Source: a virus. From it: a stretch of DNA of 64,000 nt. Position 1 is the first letter of the stretch. Each line of letters opens with the position of its first letter. A program made the translations under genes and the position numbers. A model generated the notes under the pieces. It saw only the letters and a program-made list of their open reading frames with translations. It was not told the DNA's origin and did not search any database. Location: the IMG/VR virus record IMGVR_UViG_3300035701_000001; one strand, written 5' to 3'. Below are positions 54,564 through 63,488 of this stretch, one piece after another.

Positions 54564-55329
54564 AGTAGTTCTGCAGCAGGAAGTCCAGGTCCGTGTGGAA
54601 CGACATGCGGGGGGTCGTGTCCTCGATCCATTCCGAGTAGCTGTAGTAGGTGCTGGGGGAGTCCCGGAACAGGACGAGTCGGACGGCTCCCATCTGGTGC
54701 AGGGCCTCGACGATCAGGGTTGGGTTGAAGAAGGAGTTTTTGTCTACCTTGATTTCCTTTGGATTTTTTCGTTCTTCCCTACGGAATTCCGAGGTGTTCT
54801 CCCACTCGATCCGATGGATGATCTTGCCGAGTTTGTCCAGGAACTTCTTGGCGTTCACGATGGCATCGTAGGTGTCGATGTCTTCCAGATGGGGTTCGAG
54901 GTATCGAGTGGCGTCGTACCAGTAGGGGGATCCGGATTCCCTGCGTTCCGGGGTGTATTCCTGGAAGGACAACTGGAACCTTCCCAGGTGCTCCGAACCG
55001 TAGTGCGAGGTGCTGTAGTGGAAGTCGGTGCCGAGATCCAACATCTTTTGGTAGAACGCCCTCCACTTCAGGTTCGTCTCCTCGTTCGAGGAGATTTCTC
55101 CTGGTTTGAACGTTTTTTCCAGGTATTCCTGGTTGGAATGCTCCTGGACGGCAAACAATCGGATTCTAAGTGTGGTGTATCCACCCGAGGAGGTTTCCCG
55201 GTCGAGGACGTATCCCTGGAGCTTGTCTTTTCTTGCGGTTTTCCGCTTTCTCTTTGCATGGGTCTTGGCAGTCGTCTCCGAAGAGGCGGTCGCGAACCCG
55301 AGGGCAAGGATGGCCAGGGTCTCGATCAT
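54562..55329 (-). CDS. Hypothetical exported protein
   Basis: MIETLAILALGFATASSE followed by a basic stretch. Confidence 0.8.
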   Translation of the reverse strand: MIETLAILALGFATASSETTAKTHAKRKRKTARKDKLQGYVLDRETSSGGYTTLRIRLFAVQEHSNQEYLEKTFKPGEISSNEETNLKWRAFYQKMLDLGTDFHYSTSHYGSEHLGRFQLSFQEYTPERRESGSPYWYDATRYLEPHLEDIDTYDAIVNAKKFLDKLGKIIHRIEWENTSEFRREERKNPKEIKVDKNSFFNPTLIVEALHQMGAVRLVLFRDSPSTYYSYSEWIEDTTPRMSFHTDLDFLLQNY

Positions 55330-55778
55330 GGGGTCTGCTCTCGAATGGCCTGGAATTCTTGTTCCAGATCCACACCGGGAAGCACGAAGAGGTACTCGAT
55401 GCCGCTGTGCACGAGAAACCAGGCTGTCGATCCGCTCGGCAGAACTGTCTCTCGGTATTGGATGGAGTCATAGCGGGGGAACTCCGAAATATCCTCCTGG
55501 GTGAATCCCGGAACGTAGGAGAAGTGCTTCTCCCAGTCCGTAACAGAGATGATCTGGATGTCATGGCCCCGTTTGGGCGGTGGAGGCAGGGTGGAGAGGT
55601 CAACGAGAGAAGCAAACGCATCGACGTCGAGCGTTCGATTCACGTGGTCGTAGAGCCACCGTACGACTTCGGCAGGACCGAGGGGGCATGCCCAGACGTA
55701 GTGGGCACGGGTAGGTTCCGAAGCGTCCGCCAGGGTCGCGAGGAGCAGGCTCATGGCAGGGACGATTCCGAGGACCAT
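55326..55778 (-). CDS. Hypothetical exported protein
   Basis: MVLGIVPAMSLLLATLADASE; coupled to 54562-55329. Confidence 0.75.
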   Translation of the reverse strand: MVLGIVPAMSLLLATLADASEPTRAHYVWACPLGPAEVVRWLYDHVNRTLDVDAFASLVDLSTLPPPPKRGHDIQIISVTDWEKHFSYVPGFTQEDISEFPRYDSIQYRETVLPSGSTAWFLVHSGIEYLFVLPGVDLEQEFQAIREQTP

Positions 55779-55865
55779 GGGTCTCCTTTATCTTGTTTCT
55801 CTGTACCGCGCGTGGACTTGGCTTTGTCGATTCGGGTGATTATCCTGGGTGTCCAGGGAGGTCGC

Positions 55866-56645
55866 ATGTCAGAACCAGGTTCGGGCTCGGTGCGGGGGTT
55901 GTTTCGTCAGTGGGCTCGGAAGATGCTCGGTACGGTGGTGAACGAAACCATCGATCGATTGCTCGAAGTGAGCGTGGAACTCGGTGAATCCGATGGGTCT
56001 CTCGCAGAGGGAGACGAAGGAGATCTGGATCTCGACGGATCCATGGAACAGGACGAGGCATCGAACCGACTTGTGCCTCGGTCTCCTCCTTTCGCGTTGC
56101 GCCGTTTGCCCCCCAAGGGGGAACGTTGGACTCCTCCTGTCGAAGGGGAGAAGCGTGAGTTCCGGTTTCTTCCTTTCTGCATCGAAGGCGGAGAGGAGAA
56201 CGTCCCTCTCGCTGGATGTGGAACCGAAGAGGTCCAGATTCAGTCCATGACATTGCGCTGTGCAAACCTTCCGACGGGCTGGATCCAGATCGTTGGATTC
56301 CGTGCTCTTCTTTCCTCGGATCCGACCGTCAAGGCCTTCGTGAAGGCGCTGCGTGTCGGAACGGAGGGGGACTCCCTTTTCCTCGCAAAAGGGTGGACGG
56401 ATCTCTCGGAGTTCGTCCGCAACCCGAACGGGATCGAGGGCCTTCCTCGGCTGCGTCGGTTCCCGACTCTCTATGTGAAGGACGGAGTCGTATCGGGGGG
56501 AGGCAATTTCGATGCGGTCTATGTGGATGCCTTCGCGTGGGGAGAAGGCCAGGCGCTGTGTCGCATGGATCTCGTCGTGGAGATCTTGGATTCGTCCATC
56601 GAGTCGGAGCCGCCTTTGCCTTCTTGGGAAGGAGAGAACCTGTAG
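55866..56645 (+). CDS. Divergent paralog of the capsid candidate (second jelly-roll-like protein)
   Basis: GGAGG RBS; C-terminal 150 aa align colinearly by eye with 6954-7754. Confidence 0.7.
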   Translation: MSEPGSGSVRGLFRQWARKMLGTVVNETIDRLLEVSVELGESDGSLAEGDEGDLDLDGSMEQDEASNRLVPRSPPFALRRLPPKGERWTPPVEGEKREFRFLPFCIEGGEENVPLAGCGTEEVQIQSMTLRCANLPTGWIQIVGFRALLSSDPTVKAFVKALRVGTEGDSLFLAKGWTDLSEFVRNPNGIEGLPRLRRFPTLYVKDGVVSGGGNFDAVYVDAFAWGEGQALCRMDLVVEILDSSIESEPPLPSWEGENL

Positions 56646-56652
56646 TTCTCGA

Positions 56653-57252
56653 TCATCTCCTCTGGAAGGTCTCGTGGACAGCCACCTGTGCGACCCGGTC
56701 CATCCAGCCGTAGGCCTCGGATACTTCGGATTCGAGAGAGGACAGCCCTGCTTCTTCTGAGGATTCCTCGGCAGTCGTCACCTCGGACTCCAGTCCTTCG
56801 AGGTCATCGGTCTCGGTTCCTTGTTCGGAGGCCGTCACCTCGGACTCCAGTCCTTCGAAATCCGAAAAGTCCAGGTCGGCTTCTTCGTCGGTCCCTGTAC
56901 TGGGAGAGGGAGTTCCCGTGGGCCTCGTGAGGGAGGTTCCCGGATGGGAGGGGCCAGGTGGTGTCGAACGACCTTTGCTCGGATCTTTTCCATGGAGGTC
57001 GTGCTTCTTCTTTTTCTTCTTTTTCTTGTCTTCCTTTTTCTTGATCCCGAGCAGGCTGCGCGCTCCTTCCTGGGCTTTTTCACGCCCTTCTTTCGTACTC
57101 AGGACGGCTGCTGCGATGGGAATCAGGAGAGGGAGGAATCCGTAGCCCTCGTCGGTCATCTGCTGAGTCACTTGTTCCGCGATGGCTCTGGAATCTGGCC
57201 GTTCGGGCAGGTTGTAGAGCGTCGAATAGCCGTATTTCCAGAGTCTGGGCAT
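56653..57252 (-). CDS. Putative virion protein with pX-like peptide, poly-Lys tract and acidic repeats
   Basis: AGAGGACACC RBS identical to gene 15694; GYGFLPLLIPIAAAVL; KKKEDKKKKKKKK; EGLESEVT repeats. Confidence 0.8.
   Translation of the reverse strand: MPRLWKYGYSTLYNLPERPDSRAIAEQVTQQMTDEGYGFLPLLIPIAAAVLSTKEGREKAQEGARSLLGIKKKEDKKKKKKKKHDLHGKDPSKGRSTPPGPSHPGTSLTRPTGTPSPSTGTDEEADLDFSDFEGLESEVTASEQGTETDDLEGLESEVTTAEESSEEAGLSSLESEVSEAYGWMDRVAQVAVHETFQRR
56777..56858 (-). repeat. 25-bp direct repeat, period 57 (EGLESEVT)
   Basis: GTCACCTCGGACTCCAGTCCTTCGA at 56777-56801 and 56834-56858. Confidence 0.9.
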
Positions 57253-57274
57253 GGTGTCCTCTCTTCTTGGGAAT

Positions 57275-58171
57275 CTATCGGCCAGACCCCCATGCGGCCA
57301 TGAGAGCGAGTACCGTGAGCCCGGTGGCAATGGCCGTGGATGTTCCACTGGAAGCTCCATCTCTTCCCGAGGGAAGCTGCCCCGAGTCTGTCGTATCGTC
57401 TTCAAGAATCCATCCTTCTTCTTGCTGGATCCAGGTCTGTGTGCTCGGCTGGTATTCCATGGCAATCCCGAGGGCACCGAACTGGGAGACGTAGAGTTCG
57501 GGATAGTGATCCCGTAGGGCTTCCCAGAGACCACTCTGGAACTCGTGCTTGGCGGTTTCGAGGAGGACGTAGGGAACCCCTTGCTCTTTGGCTGCTCTCT
57601 TGGCAATGGACTGTACGTCCCCGGAGGAGAACCGGGGAAGTCCGATCACGACTTCGACGCCCGCAGGGACTTTCCAGTTTGGAGCGATCGGAGTGCCGAC
57701 CGGGATGTGGAACTGGATGTCGACACCGATCTGGATTGCGAGTTCTTTCAGGGAAGAAAGGTGTCCTTTTTCCCTTCCTCCTCCTACGAGGCAAGCCACC
57801 AGGATTTTCGAAGAACCGATTTCGTAGTAAGGTACGAACTCGGTGAGGAAGGTCTCTTTGTCGACTTTCTGCATCTTGCCGACCCAGGGATCCAGGTAGG
57901 TGACGATGCCTGCATTCGTGTATTTCACGAGGATGGTGAAGGATTCCTCTTGGGTTGACCGGAATTCTTCGGGCTGGTAGACCCACTTCGAATCTGGGGC
58001 GGGAGGCCAGGCACTCACGTACTGGGAGGGCCACTTCTCTACGGGTACGCGAGGGGTGGTCCCTTCTCCGTGGACATCTTCGAGGTACACGTAGCGTTTG
58101 TCCACGGAGTTGACGCGGTAGACATGTCCACGAATCGACCAGTGGCTGCCTCGGATGGGAAGAGTCGACAT
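57275..58171 (-). CDS. Membrane-anchored protein with DUF2325-like domain
   Basis: ACLVGGG..VEVVIGLPRFSS..AKRAAKEQGVPYV; C-terminal TM AIATGLTVLALMAAW. Confidence 0.65.
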   Translation of the reverse strand: MSTLPIRGSHWSIRGHVYRVNSVDKRYVYLEDVHGEGTTPRVPVEKWPSQYVSAWPPAPDSKWVYQPEEFRSTQEESFTILVKYTNAGIVTYLDPWVGKMQKVDKETFLTEFVPYYEIGSSKILVACLVGGGREKGHLSSLKELAIQIGVDIQFHIPVGTPIAPNWKVPAGVEVVIGLPRFSSGDVQSIAKRAAKEQGVPYVLLETAKHEFQSGLWEALRDHYPELYVSQFGALGIAMEYQPSTQTWIQQEEGWILEDDTTDSGQLPSGRDGASSGTSTAIATGLTVLALMAAWGSGR

Positions 58172-58220
58172 GCGGAACGCTCCAGTGAGGTTAGAGTATC
58201 CCGTAGAGGAGGGTCTCTCC

Positions 58221-58835
58221 ATGTCGGGTCGCATCACGGGTTTCTTTCCATCTCCCCCATCGGATTCCTGTCCTTTCGCAGAGCCTGCTGCGGAGCAGGC
58301 CCTTGCAGAGGCCTACGGGCATTTCCAAGTTTCCGGTGTGGGAATCGACCGACTCGGTTCCGCACGTGGGGTCTTCGAATTCATGTCCTATGGGGCTCTC
58401 GAACAGGCTATCCGGGAAGGAGTCGACAGCTTTGGTTCGGAATATGAATACTGGAACCCGATGTCCGTTGGCGAGATGGAAGAGGATGAACAGAGTCCAC
58501 TGTTCGAAGACGAGGAGGATCCGAGGCTTCACATACCGGATTTGCTTCCAGGACCAGAGCCTCAGTTCGGGGGCCATCGCAGGAAAGATCAGGATGCAGT
58601 CTCGGTTGTCGAAGAAGACGAGAACGACGACGAGTTGTCTCAGATGGAAGAGGAAGAAGATTCGGACTTCGACCTGGAGGAGATCCTGCCAGGAACCCAG
58701 AATTGGCTGGATCGGGGTGTTCCCGAGGAATACCGTTCCACCGTGGAACGGCTGAGGAGTCTCCGGCAGGTTTCCCAGATCGAGGACCCGAGGCTTCGCC
58801 GCAAGGGCCTTCGCCAGATTCGCCGTACCTACTAG
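58221..58835 (+). CDS. Acidic putative virion protein
   Basis: GAGGAGG RBS; four [YF]G sites (EAYG, MSYG, DSFG, PQFG); D/E-rich. Confidence 0.75.
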   Translation: MSGRITGFFPSPPSDSCPFAEPAAEQALAEAYGHFQVSGVGIDRLGSARGVFEFMSYGALEQAIREGVDSFGSEYEYWNPMSVGEMEEDEQSPLFEDEEDPRLHIPDLLPGPEPQFGGHRRKDQDAVSVVEEDENDDELSQMEEEEDSDFDLEEILPGTQNWLDRGVPEEYRSTVERLRSLRQVSQIEDPRLRRKGLRQIRRTY

Positions 58836-58850
58836 GGTGAGGAGCCTTTC

Positions 58851-59600
58851 ATGCGCGGAATTCCCGATTCTTTTCTCTCGGACTCCTTCCTGAACCAGGC
58901 AGCGGGGGAAGCCCTGCAGGAGGTCTATGGAGAAGCTCCGATGTGGGCCAAGAAATTGGCCAAGAAGGTGACAACGGGAATTGCGAAAGGAGTCGAGGAC
59001 ATCAGCAAGCTCCGCCTGTTGCCGAAGACCCGGTTCGACTGGTTGAAGAGCGAGGTCATCCGGCTTCGTAAACGGGGAGATCCCAAGGAGAAAAAGAAGC
59101 TCAACCGTCTGGAAAGGCGGATGGTCGAGTTGGCGTATCCGAAATTCACCTATCTGACAGACGAATCGGTCCATAAATACGCTGAACTTGTCTTGCAGGG
59201 GTACATCAGTGGAGATGCGGCCTGGTTCCAGGACCAGGTCTCTGGAGTCTACGGTGCTGGATCCGTAGACAAGGAAGAGGATCCGGACACTGCGTTTCTG
59301 CTCGGTGGATACGAGGGATTCGGGTCCTTGACGACCAAAGAGATCGATCCCGAGATGGCGTTCTGGCTCGATGGGTATGGCGGATTCGGAGCCGATCCAT
59401 CTCCGACCTCGGTTCAGATCGATCCCCAGTGGAAGAATGTCGGACGTGTCCGGGAACAGGAGGTACAGGTTCCGGAGGGGAGGCCTTTGACCGAAGAGGA
59501 TCTCTATCCGTTCTACGAGACGGAGAATCTCCTGGCCAAACGGTGGGGGCCCGGTTCGGTCCAATTCTCGATCCGAGAAGACATATTGCCGGAGCTTTGA
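58851..59600 (+). CDS. Putative virion protein
   Basis: GAGGAG RBS; EVYG, GVYG, EGFG, DGYGGFG. Confidence 0.75.
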   Translation: MRGIPDSFLSDSFLNQAAGEALQEVYGEAPMWAKKLAKKVTTGIAKGVEDISKLRLLPKTRFDWLKSEVIRLRKRGDPKEKKKLNRLERRMVELAYPKFTYLTDESVHKYAELVLQGYISGDAAWFQDQVSGVYGAGSVDKEEDPDTAFLLGGYEGFGSLTTKEIDPEMAFWLDGYGGFGADPSPTSVQIDPQWKNVGRVREQEVQVPEGRPLTEEDLYPFYETENLLAKRWGPGSVQFSIREDILPEL

Positions 59601-59932
59601 TGCCTTCTCTTGTTCCAGGAATTCGCGTGGTCTGGTTGGAGAGGGCTCCGCTTTCCCAGAAGAGATCGGGGGTCCTGGTCTATGATGGACCTCCCTGTGA
59701 TGGGATTCCTACCTACGATGTGAAGCACTGGTCGAGTCTGGAGGAGTACGAGGCCGTTCAACAGGGCAATGGCCGGATCCGGTTCACCTCGGTTTTCCAG
59801 GGGCTCATCGTCCGGGTGGATCGGTCGCATCCGGAGACGGGACAGTCCCTTGTACCGTGGTACTATGCTCCAGATCGCGCCAGGACCTGGCCCGAGACCA
59901 AAGAAAACCGAATCGAACCCGAAGGCAGATGA
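59600..59932 (+). CDS. Hypothetical protein
   Basis: TGATG coupling upstream and ATGA coupling downstream. Confidence 0.65.
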   Translation: MPSLVPGIRVVWLERAPLSQKRSGVLVYDGPPCDGIPTYDVKHWSSLEEYEAVQQGNGRIRFTSVFQGLIVRVDRSHPETGQSLVPWYYAPDRARTWPETKENRIEPEGR

Positions 59933-60531
59933 ACGCAGGCACGACCAACAGCCGACGATTGCTCCGCTTGTTTCGTCGGGATGGAGCCAAGTGTTTCTGG
60001 TGTGGTCACCCCATCCTGACCCATCGGCAACTTCGGATCCGTGCGGAACGAGGTGCTTCGACACGGGGCATTCGCATGGCGACGGTGGACCATGTCCTTC
60101 CTCGATCCCAGGGAGGGTCGAGTCACCTCTACAATCTGGTGGCTTCCTGTGCCGAGTGCAATGTTGAACGGTCGAGGCCAGGGAATGCCATCGACGAGAA
60201 GATCCAGAAGGGGGAGTATGTCCTTCCCCAGCGACCCCCTTCGCATTCCCCCCTCTTTCGTCCTTCTTCTGCCCGTTCTTCTCCCGTACTCCCCGTCCTC
60301 GATCAGGATCGGTATGTCCAGGCCATTCCCTGGCGAATGGACAAGGATCCGACCGAGGAGGGGCTCTACCTTGTGACGATGCCAGGTCGATGGCGAGTCC
60401 TGCTTGTTCCCGTCGTACGACAGGGTGGACATGCCTATGTACTGCAGGGGGAACAGAGCCGGGTCTGGGAATCTCAGTGGTGGTGGTGTCCACTGGATGA
60501 TTTGTTGGACGATTCTGACGAAGAACGATGA
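59929..60531 (+). CDS. HNH endonuclease
   Basis: RRDGAKCFWCG..ATVDHVLPRSQGGSSHLYNLVASCAECN. Confidence 0.9.
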   Translation: MNAGTTNSRRLLRLFRRDGAKCFWCGHPILTHRQLRIRAERGASTRGIRMATVDHVLPRSQGGSSHLYNLVASCAECNVERSRPGNAIDEKIQKGEYVLPQRPPSHSPLFRPSSARSSPVLPVLDQDRYVQAIPWRMDKDPTEEGLYLVTMPGRWRVLLVPVVRQGGHAYVLQGEQSRVWESQWWWCPLDDLLDDSDEER

Positions 60532-60558
60532 GCGAGAGGCAGGGTCACTGGGATTGCA

Positions 60559-61035
60559 TCATCCATTCCCTCTGTTTTTCCTCTTCTGTTTCCTACGAAA
60601 TTCCATCTCTGAAATCGTAGCTTCTTTGTGGGCTTCTTCGTATGGTTTTCCTTCTCGGATCATGACCTCTGTTTCCATGTGTTCGTGGTATGCAATGGCA
60701 GCCACATCCTTGGGATCTCCCTCTTCGACCCAGATTTCTCCCTTTGGAACGTAACGGTATCGGGCTGGGTTACCGCCCAGGCAGAAGTTCACGTCCACCT
60801 CGTCTCGAATCACCCCGCCGTTTACGGACCAAACGGTGTATTTACCTGTCATTCCCACTTTTCGACGGTGGATTCTCTGGAGGAGCTTCGAAGGAAGAGG
60901 AGAAGTTCGTTCTCCCGGACTGGGGGGTGTGATGGGGTATTTTTTGCCGTTTTTCTTCGGATGGATTCTGTTTGGGTTTCCAACCCACCAGGTGAATCCT
61001 CCAAGTGTCGCCAACAGTGCCAGTAGTTCGAACAT
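60559..61035 (-). CDS. Membrane-anchored phage-type protein
   Basis: MFELLALLATLGGFTWWVG anchor; C-terminal YHEHME..YEEAH motif. Confidence 0.75.
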   Translation of the reverse strand: MFELLALLATLGGFTWWVGNPNRIHPKKNGKKYPITPPSPGERTSPLPSKLLQRIHRRKVGMTGKYTVWSVNGGVIRDEVDVNFCLGGNPARYRYVPKGEIWVEEGDPKDVAAIAYHEHMETEVMIREGKPYEEAHKEATISEMEFRRKQKRKNRGNG

Positions 61036-61037
61036 TC

Positions 61038-61334
61038 CTAGTTTCCGCGCTTGTGCATTTTCTTTTCAGATTCTTCCAAAATCGAATAATAATCGTCGTA
61101 TTCTGCGAGGTGGTCCAGAGCGATTTCCTGTGCCAACCGCCGATTGGAGGCTTTGTCTCCGGTCCGGATGTGTTCACGCTCGTGGCGGATGCCTTTGCTG
61201 AGTTCCACCGGGTCCACGTCCTTCAGACGGAGGGTATCCCCTCGTCCCCCTTTCAGACGATTTTCCAGTCGATCCTGCCCGACAAGCCAGGCAAATCCAC
61301 CGAGGACTCCAACGAGGGCCAACAGTTCGAACAT
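61038..61334 (-). CDS. Membrane-anchored DUF5661-like protein
   Basis: MFELLALVGVLGGFAWLVG anchor; GGRGD..ELSKGIRHEREH..AQEIALDHLAEYDDYYSIL. Confidence 0.75.
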   Translation of the reverse strand: MFELLALVGVLGGFAWLVGQDRLENRLKGGRGDTLRLKDVDPVELSKGIRHEREHIRTGDKASNRRLAQEIALDHLAEYDDYYSILEESEKKMHKRGN

Positions 61335-61407
61335 GGGGTCCCCCTGAGCTTCTGCGGAGAACCTAACCCGCTCCAAACGCGTTAGGTTGTCCAAGCTGGA
61401 GGATGCG

Positions 61408-62880
61408 ATGCCGTCCCTGTCTTCAAGCCAGACATCCCTTTCGATTCTACAGGATTCTCCGCTTGTCGTCGGAGAGGTCTACTCGAATCGAATCGGGGAA
61501 AAGCGGACTCTTTGGCATCGCGGTATGACCGTGGGACTGATGGGGGTTTCCTGGTGTGCATGGGTGGGGACCCGGTGGATCGGGACGGTGATCGAAAAGG
61601 GAATTTCGACCGAGGAGGAATTCCGTTCTTGGATGCGATTCGACTACATCGATCCCCATCCACATCTTCGGATGAACAGGTCTGCATCCTATTTCCTTGT
61701 CAACCTCCAGGGGCAGTTGTCCGGGAAACCATGGATGATCGAGTCCGATTACCGTAAACAAGTTGCAAAGGGACTCGTCGGAAGTACCGAGTCGGTGGAA
61801 CGAGTTCTTTTCGAGGCGTGTGGCAAGGGCATGCCCGAGGATTGCCTGTCTCGTCCGGTCGAGAAACCCCTGCTCGTGCTGCCGCTTCAATCAGGAGCAG
61901 CCTATCTGAACCAGATCGGAGACGTGCGTATCCTGCGCTATGTCACGGGGGTGGAGGGTTCGGAGGGGTGGTGTACCTGGGTCGGAACGGAGTGGGTGAG
62001 TTCCCAGGAACTCGAACAGGGGGTCTGTTCGCAAGCTGAATTTCGTGCCTGGGTACAGTCGAACCAGATCTCTTCCTCCGAGAATCGCAAGAAGTCTCGT
62101 GTGAGCCCCTTGCTCATCGGCTGGCTTCGCTCTGTACAAGGGCTTCCTTCTCTGTACTCGGGGGACTACGACAAGCTGTCTCGCAAGGGGGCTCTCCCCT
62201 CTGTCGGATCCGTAGAAGCTGACATCCTGAGAACCCTGGAAGATCATGGCCTCATCGAGTCTTCATTCGATTCTCTGTTCTATGCCCGGCGTATCGAGGA
62301 AGCTCTCGAACCTCTCCGGGAATCCCGTCGGGAAGAGAAGGATCTAGAGGGAATGACGGAGATTTCTGGTTTCATCGAATCGGAGGAGCATGAGATTCGC
62401 CGGTTCTTGAAGAAGACTCCTGGTCTATCCATTCGGATCGAAGACATCCCGGTGCAAATCGTCCGTCCTGTCCTTGCTCGTTCTCCGGTTCCCGATCCGT
62501 GGCCTGTCTTGCCTTCCCCTGGGCCTTCCGAGGTGGAGAAGGGGGCCATTGCCGTGGTGGAACCTGTCTGGACCCCTGTTCTCTTGCCCTTCTTTTCTAC
62601 CGGTCCCATTCCCATTGAAACCCCTGTTCCTGCCGCATTCCAGGAAAAGAAGTTTATCGAGGAAATCGTCGAGGAGGAAGAGCCTGTAGAAGGAGATGTT
62701 CTTCCCCTTCAAGTCTCCGAGCACGAACTCCTGTTGAGACACAAGGTTTCCGAGGTTGTGAAAGCCATCGAGACCGGAGAGTGGGACACGGAACTCGACC
62801 GGCTCGAAGAACTCGAATCAAACGGCAAGGCGCGCAAGAAGATCCTTCGGGCCATCGAATTGCGCCGAGACGGGTCGTGA
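61408..62880 (+). CDS. Hypothetical protein with internal duplication
   Basis: GGAGG RBS; two WC(A/T)WVGT(R/E)W..EFR(S/A)W units; helical C-terminal module. Confidence 0.8.
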   Translation: MPSLSSSQTSLSILQDSPLVVGEVYSNRIGEKRTLWHRGMTVGLMGVSWCAWVGTRWIGTVIEKGISTEEEFRSWMRFDYIDPHPHLRMNRSASYFLVNLQGQLSGKPWMIESDYRKQVAKGLVGSTESVERVLFEACGKGMPEDCLSRPVEKPLLVLPLQSGAAYLNQIGDVRILRYVTGVEGSEGWCTWVGTEWVSSQELEQGVCSQAEFRAWVQSNQISSSENRKKSRVSPLLIGWLRSVQGLPSLYSGDYDKLSRKGALPSVGSVEADILRTLEDHGLIESSFDSLFYARRIEEALEPLRESRREEKDLEGMTEISGFIESEEHEIRRFLKKTPGLSIRIEDIPVQIVRPVLARSPVPDPWPVLPSPGPSEVEKGAIAVVEPVWTPVLLPFFSTGPIPIETPVPAAFQEKKFIEEIVEEEEPVEGDVLPLQVSEHELLLRHKVSEVVKAIETGEWDTELDRLEELESNGKARKKILRAIELRRDGS

Positions 62881-63488
62881 TCTTCGCCTGGGTGTTGTTT
62901 GCCGCGCTGGCCTCCGATGTATTCTCGGAAGCTGAGAAGCGACAGTTGGCTTCCACGTTGCCGATGTTCTGGAAGCGATTCCAGATTGTAGAAACAGCCC
63001 GGAGTCTTTCCCGCCGGGAATTTCCCCATGTCCATGCATCGGGTCGTTGTCTCTACGATACGGCGTGTCTTCTTTTCGTCGCGGCGCGGGAAGGGATCTT
63101 TCTGACTCCCCAGGCAGGCAGTGCGTTCTGGCGCGTCGTTCCCGAAGAACAGGACGATGGAGTCAGCATCACGCACTTTGGGTATGAGTGGGAACCGGAT
63201 TCAGCCCTGACACACTTTGCCCTGGCACAGGGTCTGTTGCCCGAGATGCATGTCTGGGCGGGAGATCCCGTTCGACAGGAGATCGTGGATGTCACGACCT
63301 GGGAGTTTCCCGACCAGGCGAGAGAACTCATCGGGGCCGAGTGGAAGACGCCTCTTCCTCCTGATTTCCTGTGGTGCAAGACCTCTGAGATTCCCCAGGA
63401 TGCCGAGTACAAGCCCTCGAAGAGCGCGACGGAAATCGCGTGGAAGCTTATGCAGAGGGTGATGCGGGAACGTGGGCTGTCGAGATGA
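62877..63488 (+). CDS. Exported transglutaminase/papain-like protein
   Basis: GTG start overlapping the upstream stop; MIFAWVLFAALASD; GRC..MHVW..IVDVT triad-like order. Confidence 0.6.
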   Translation: MIFAWVLFAALASDVFSEAEKRQLASTLPMFWKRFQIVETARSLSRREFPHVHASGRCLYDTACLLFVAAREGIFLTPQAGSAFWRVVPEEQDDGVSITHFGYEWEPDSALTHFALAQGLLPEMHVWAGDPVRQEIVDVTTWEFPDQARELIGAEWKTPLPPDFLWCKTSEIPQDAEYKPSKSATEIAWKLMQRVMRERGLSR

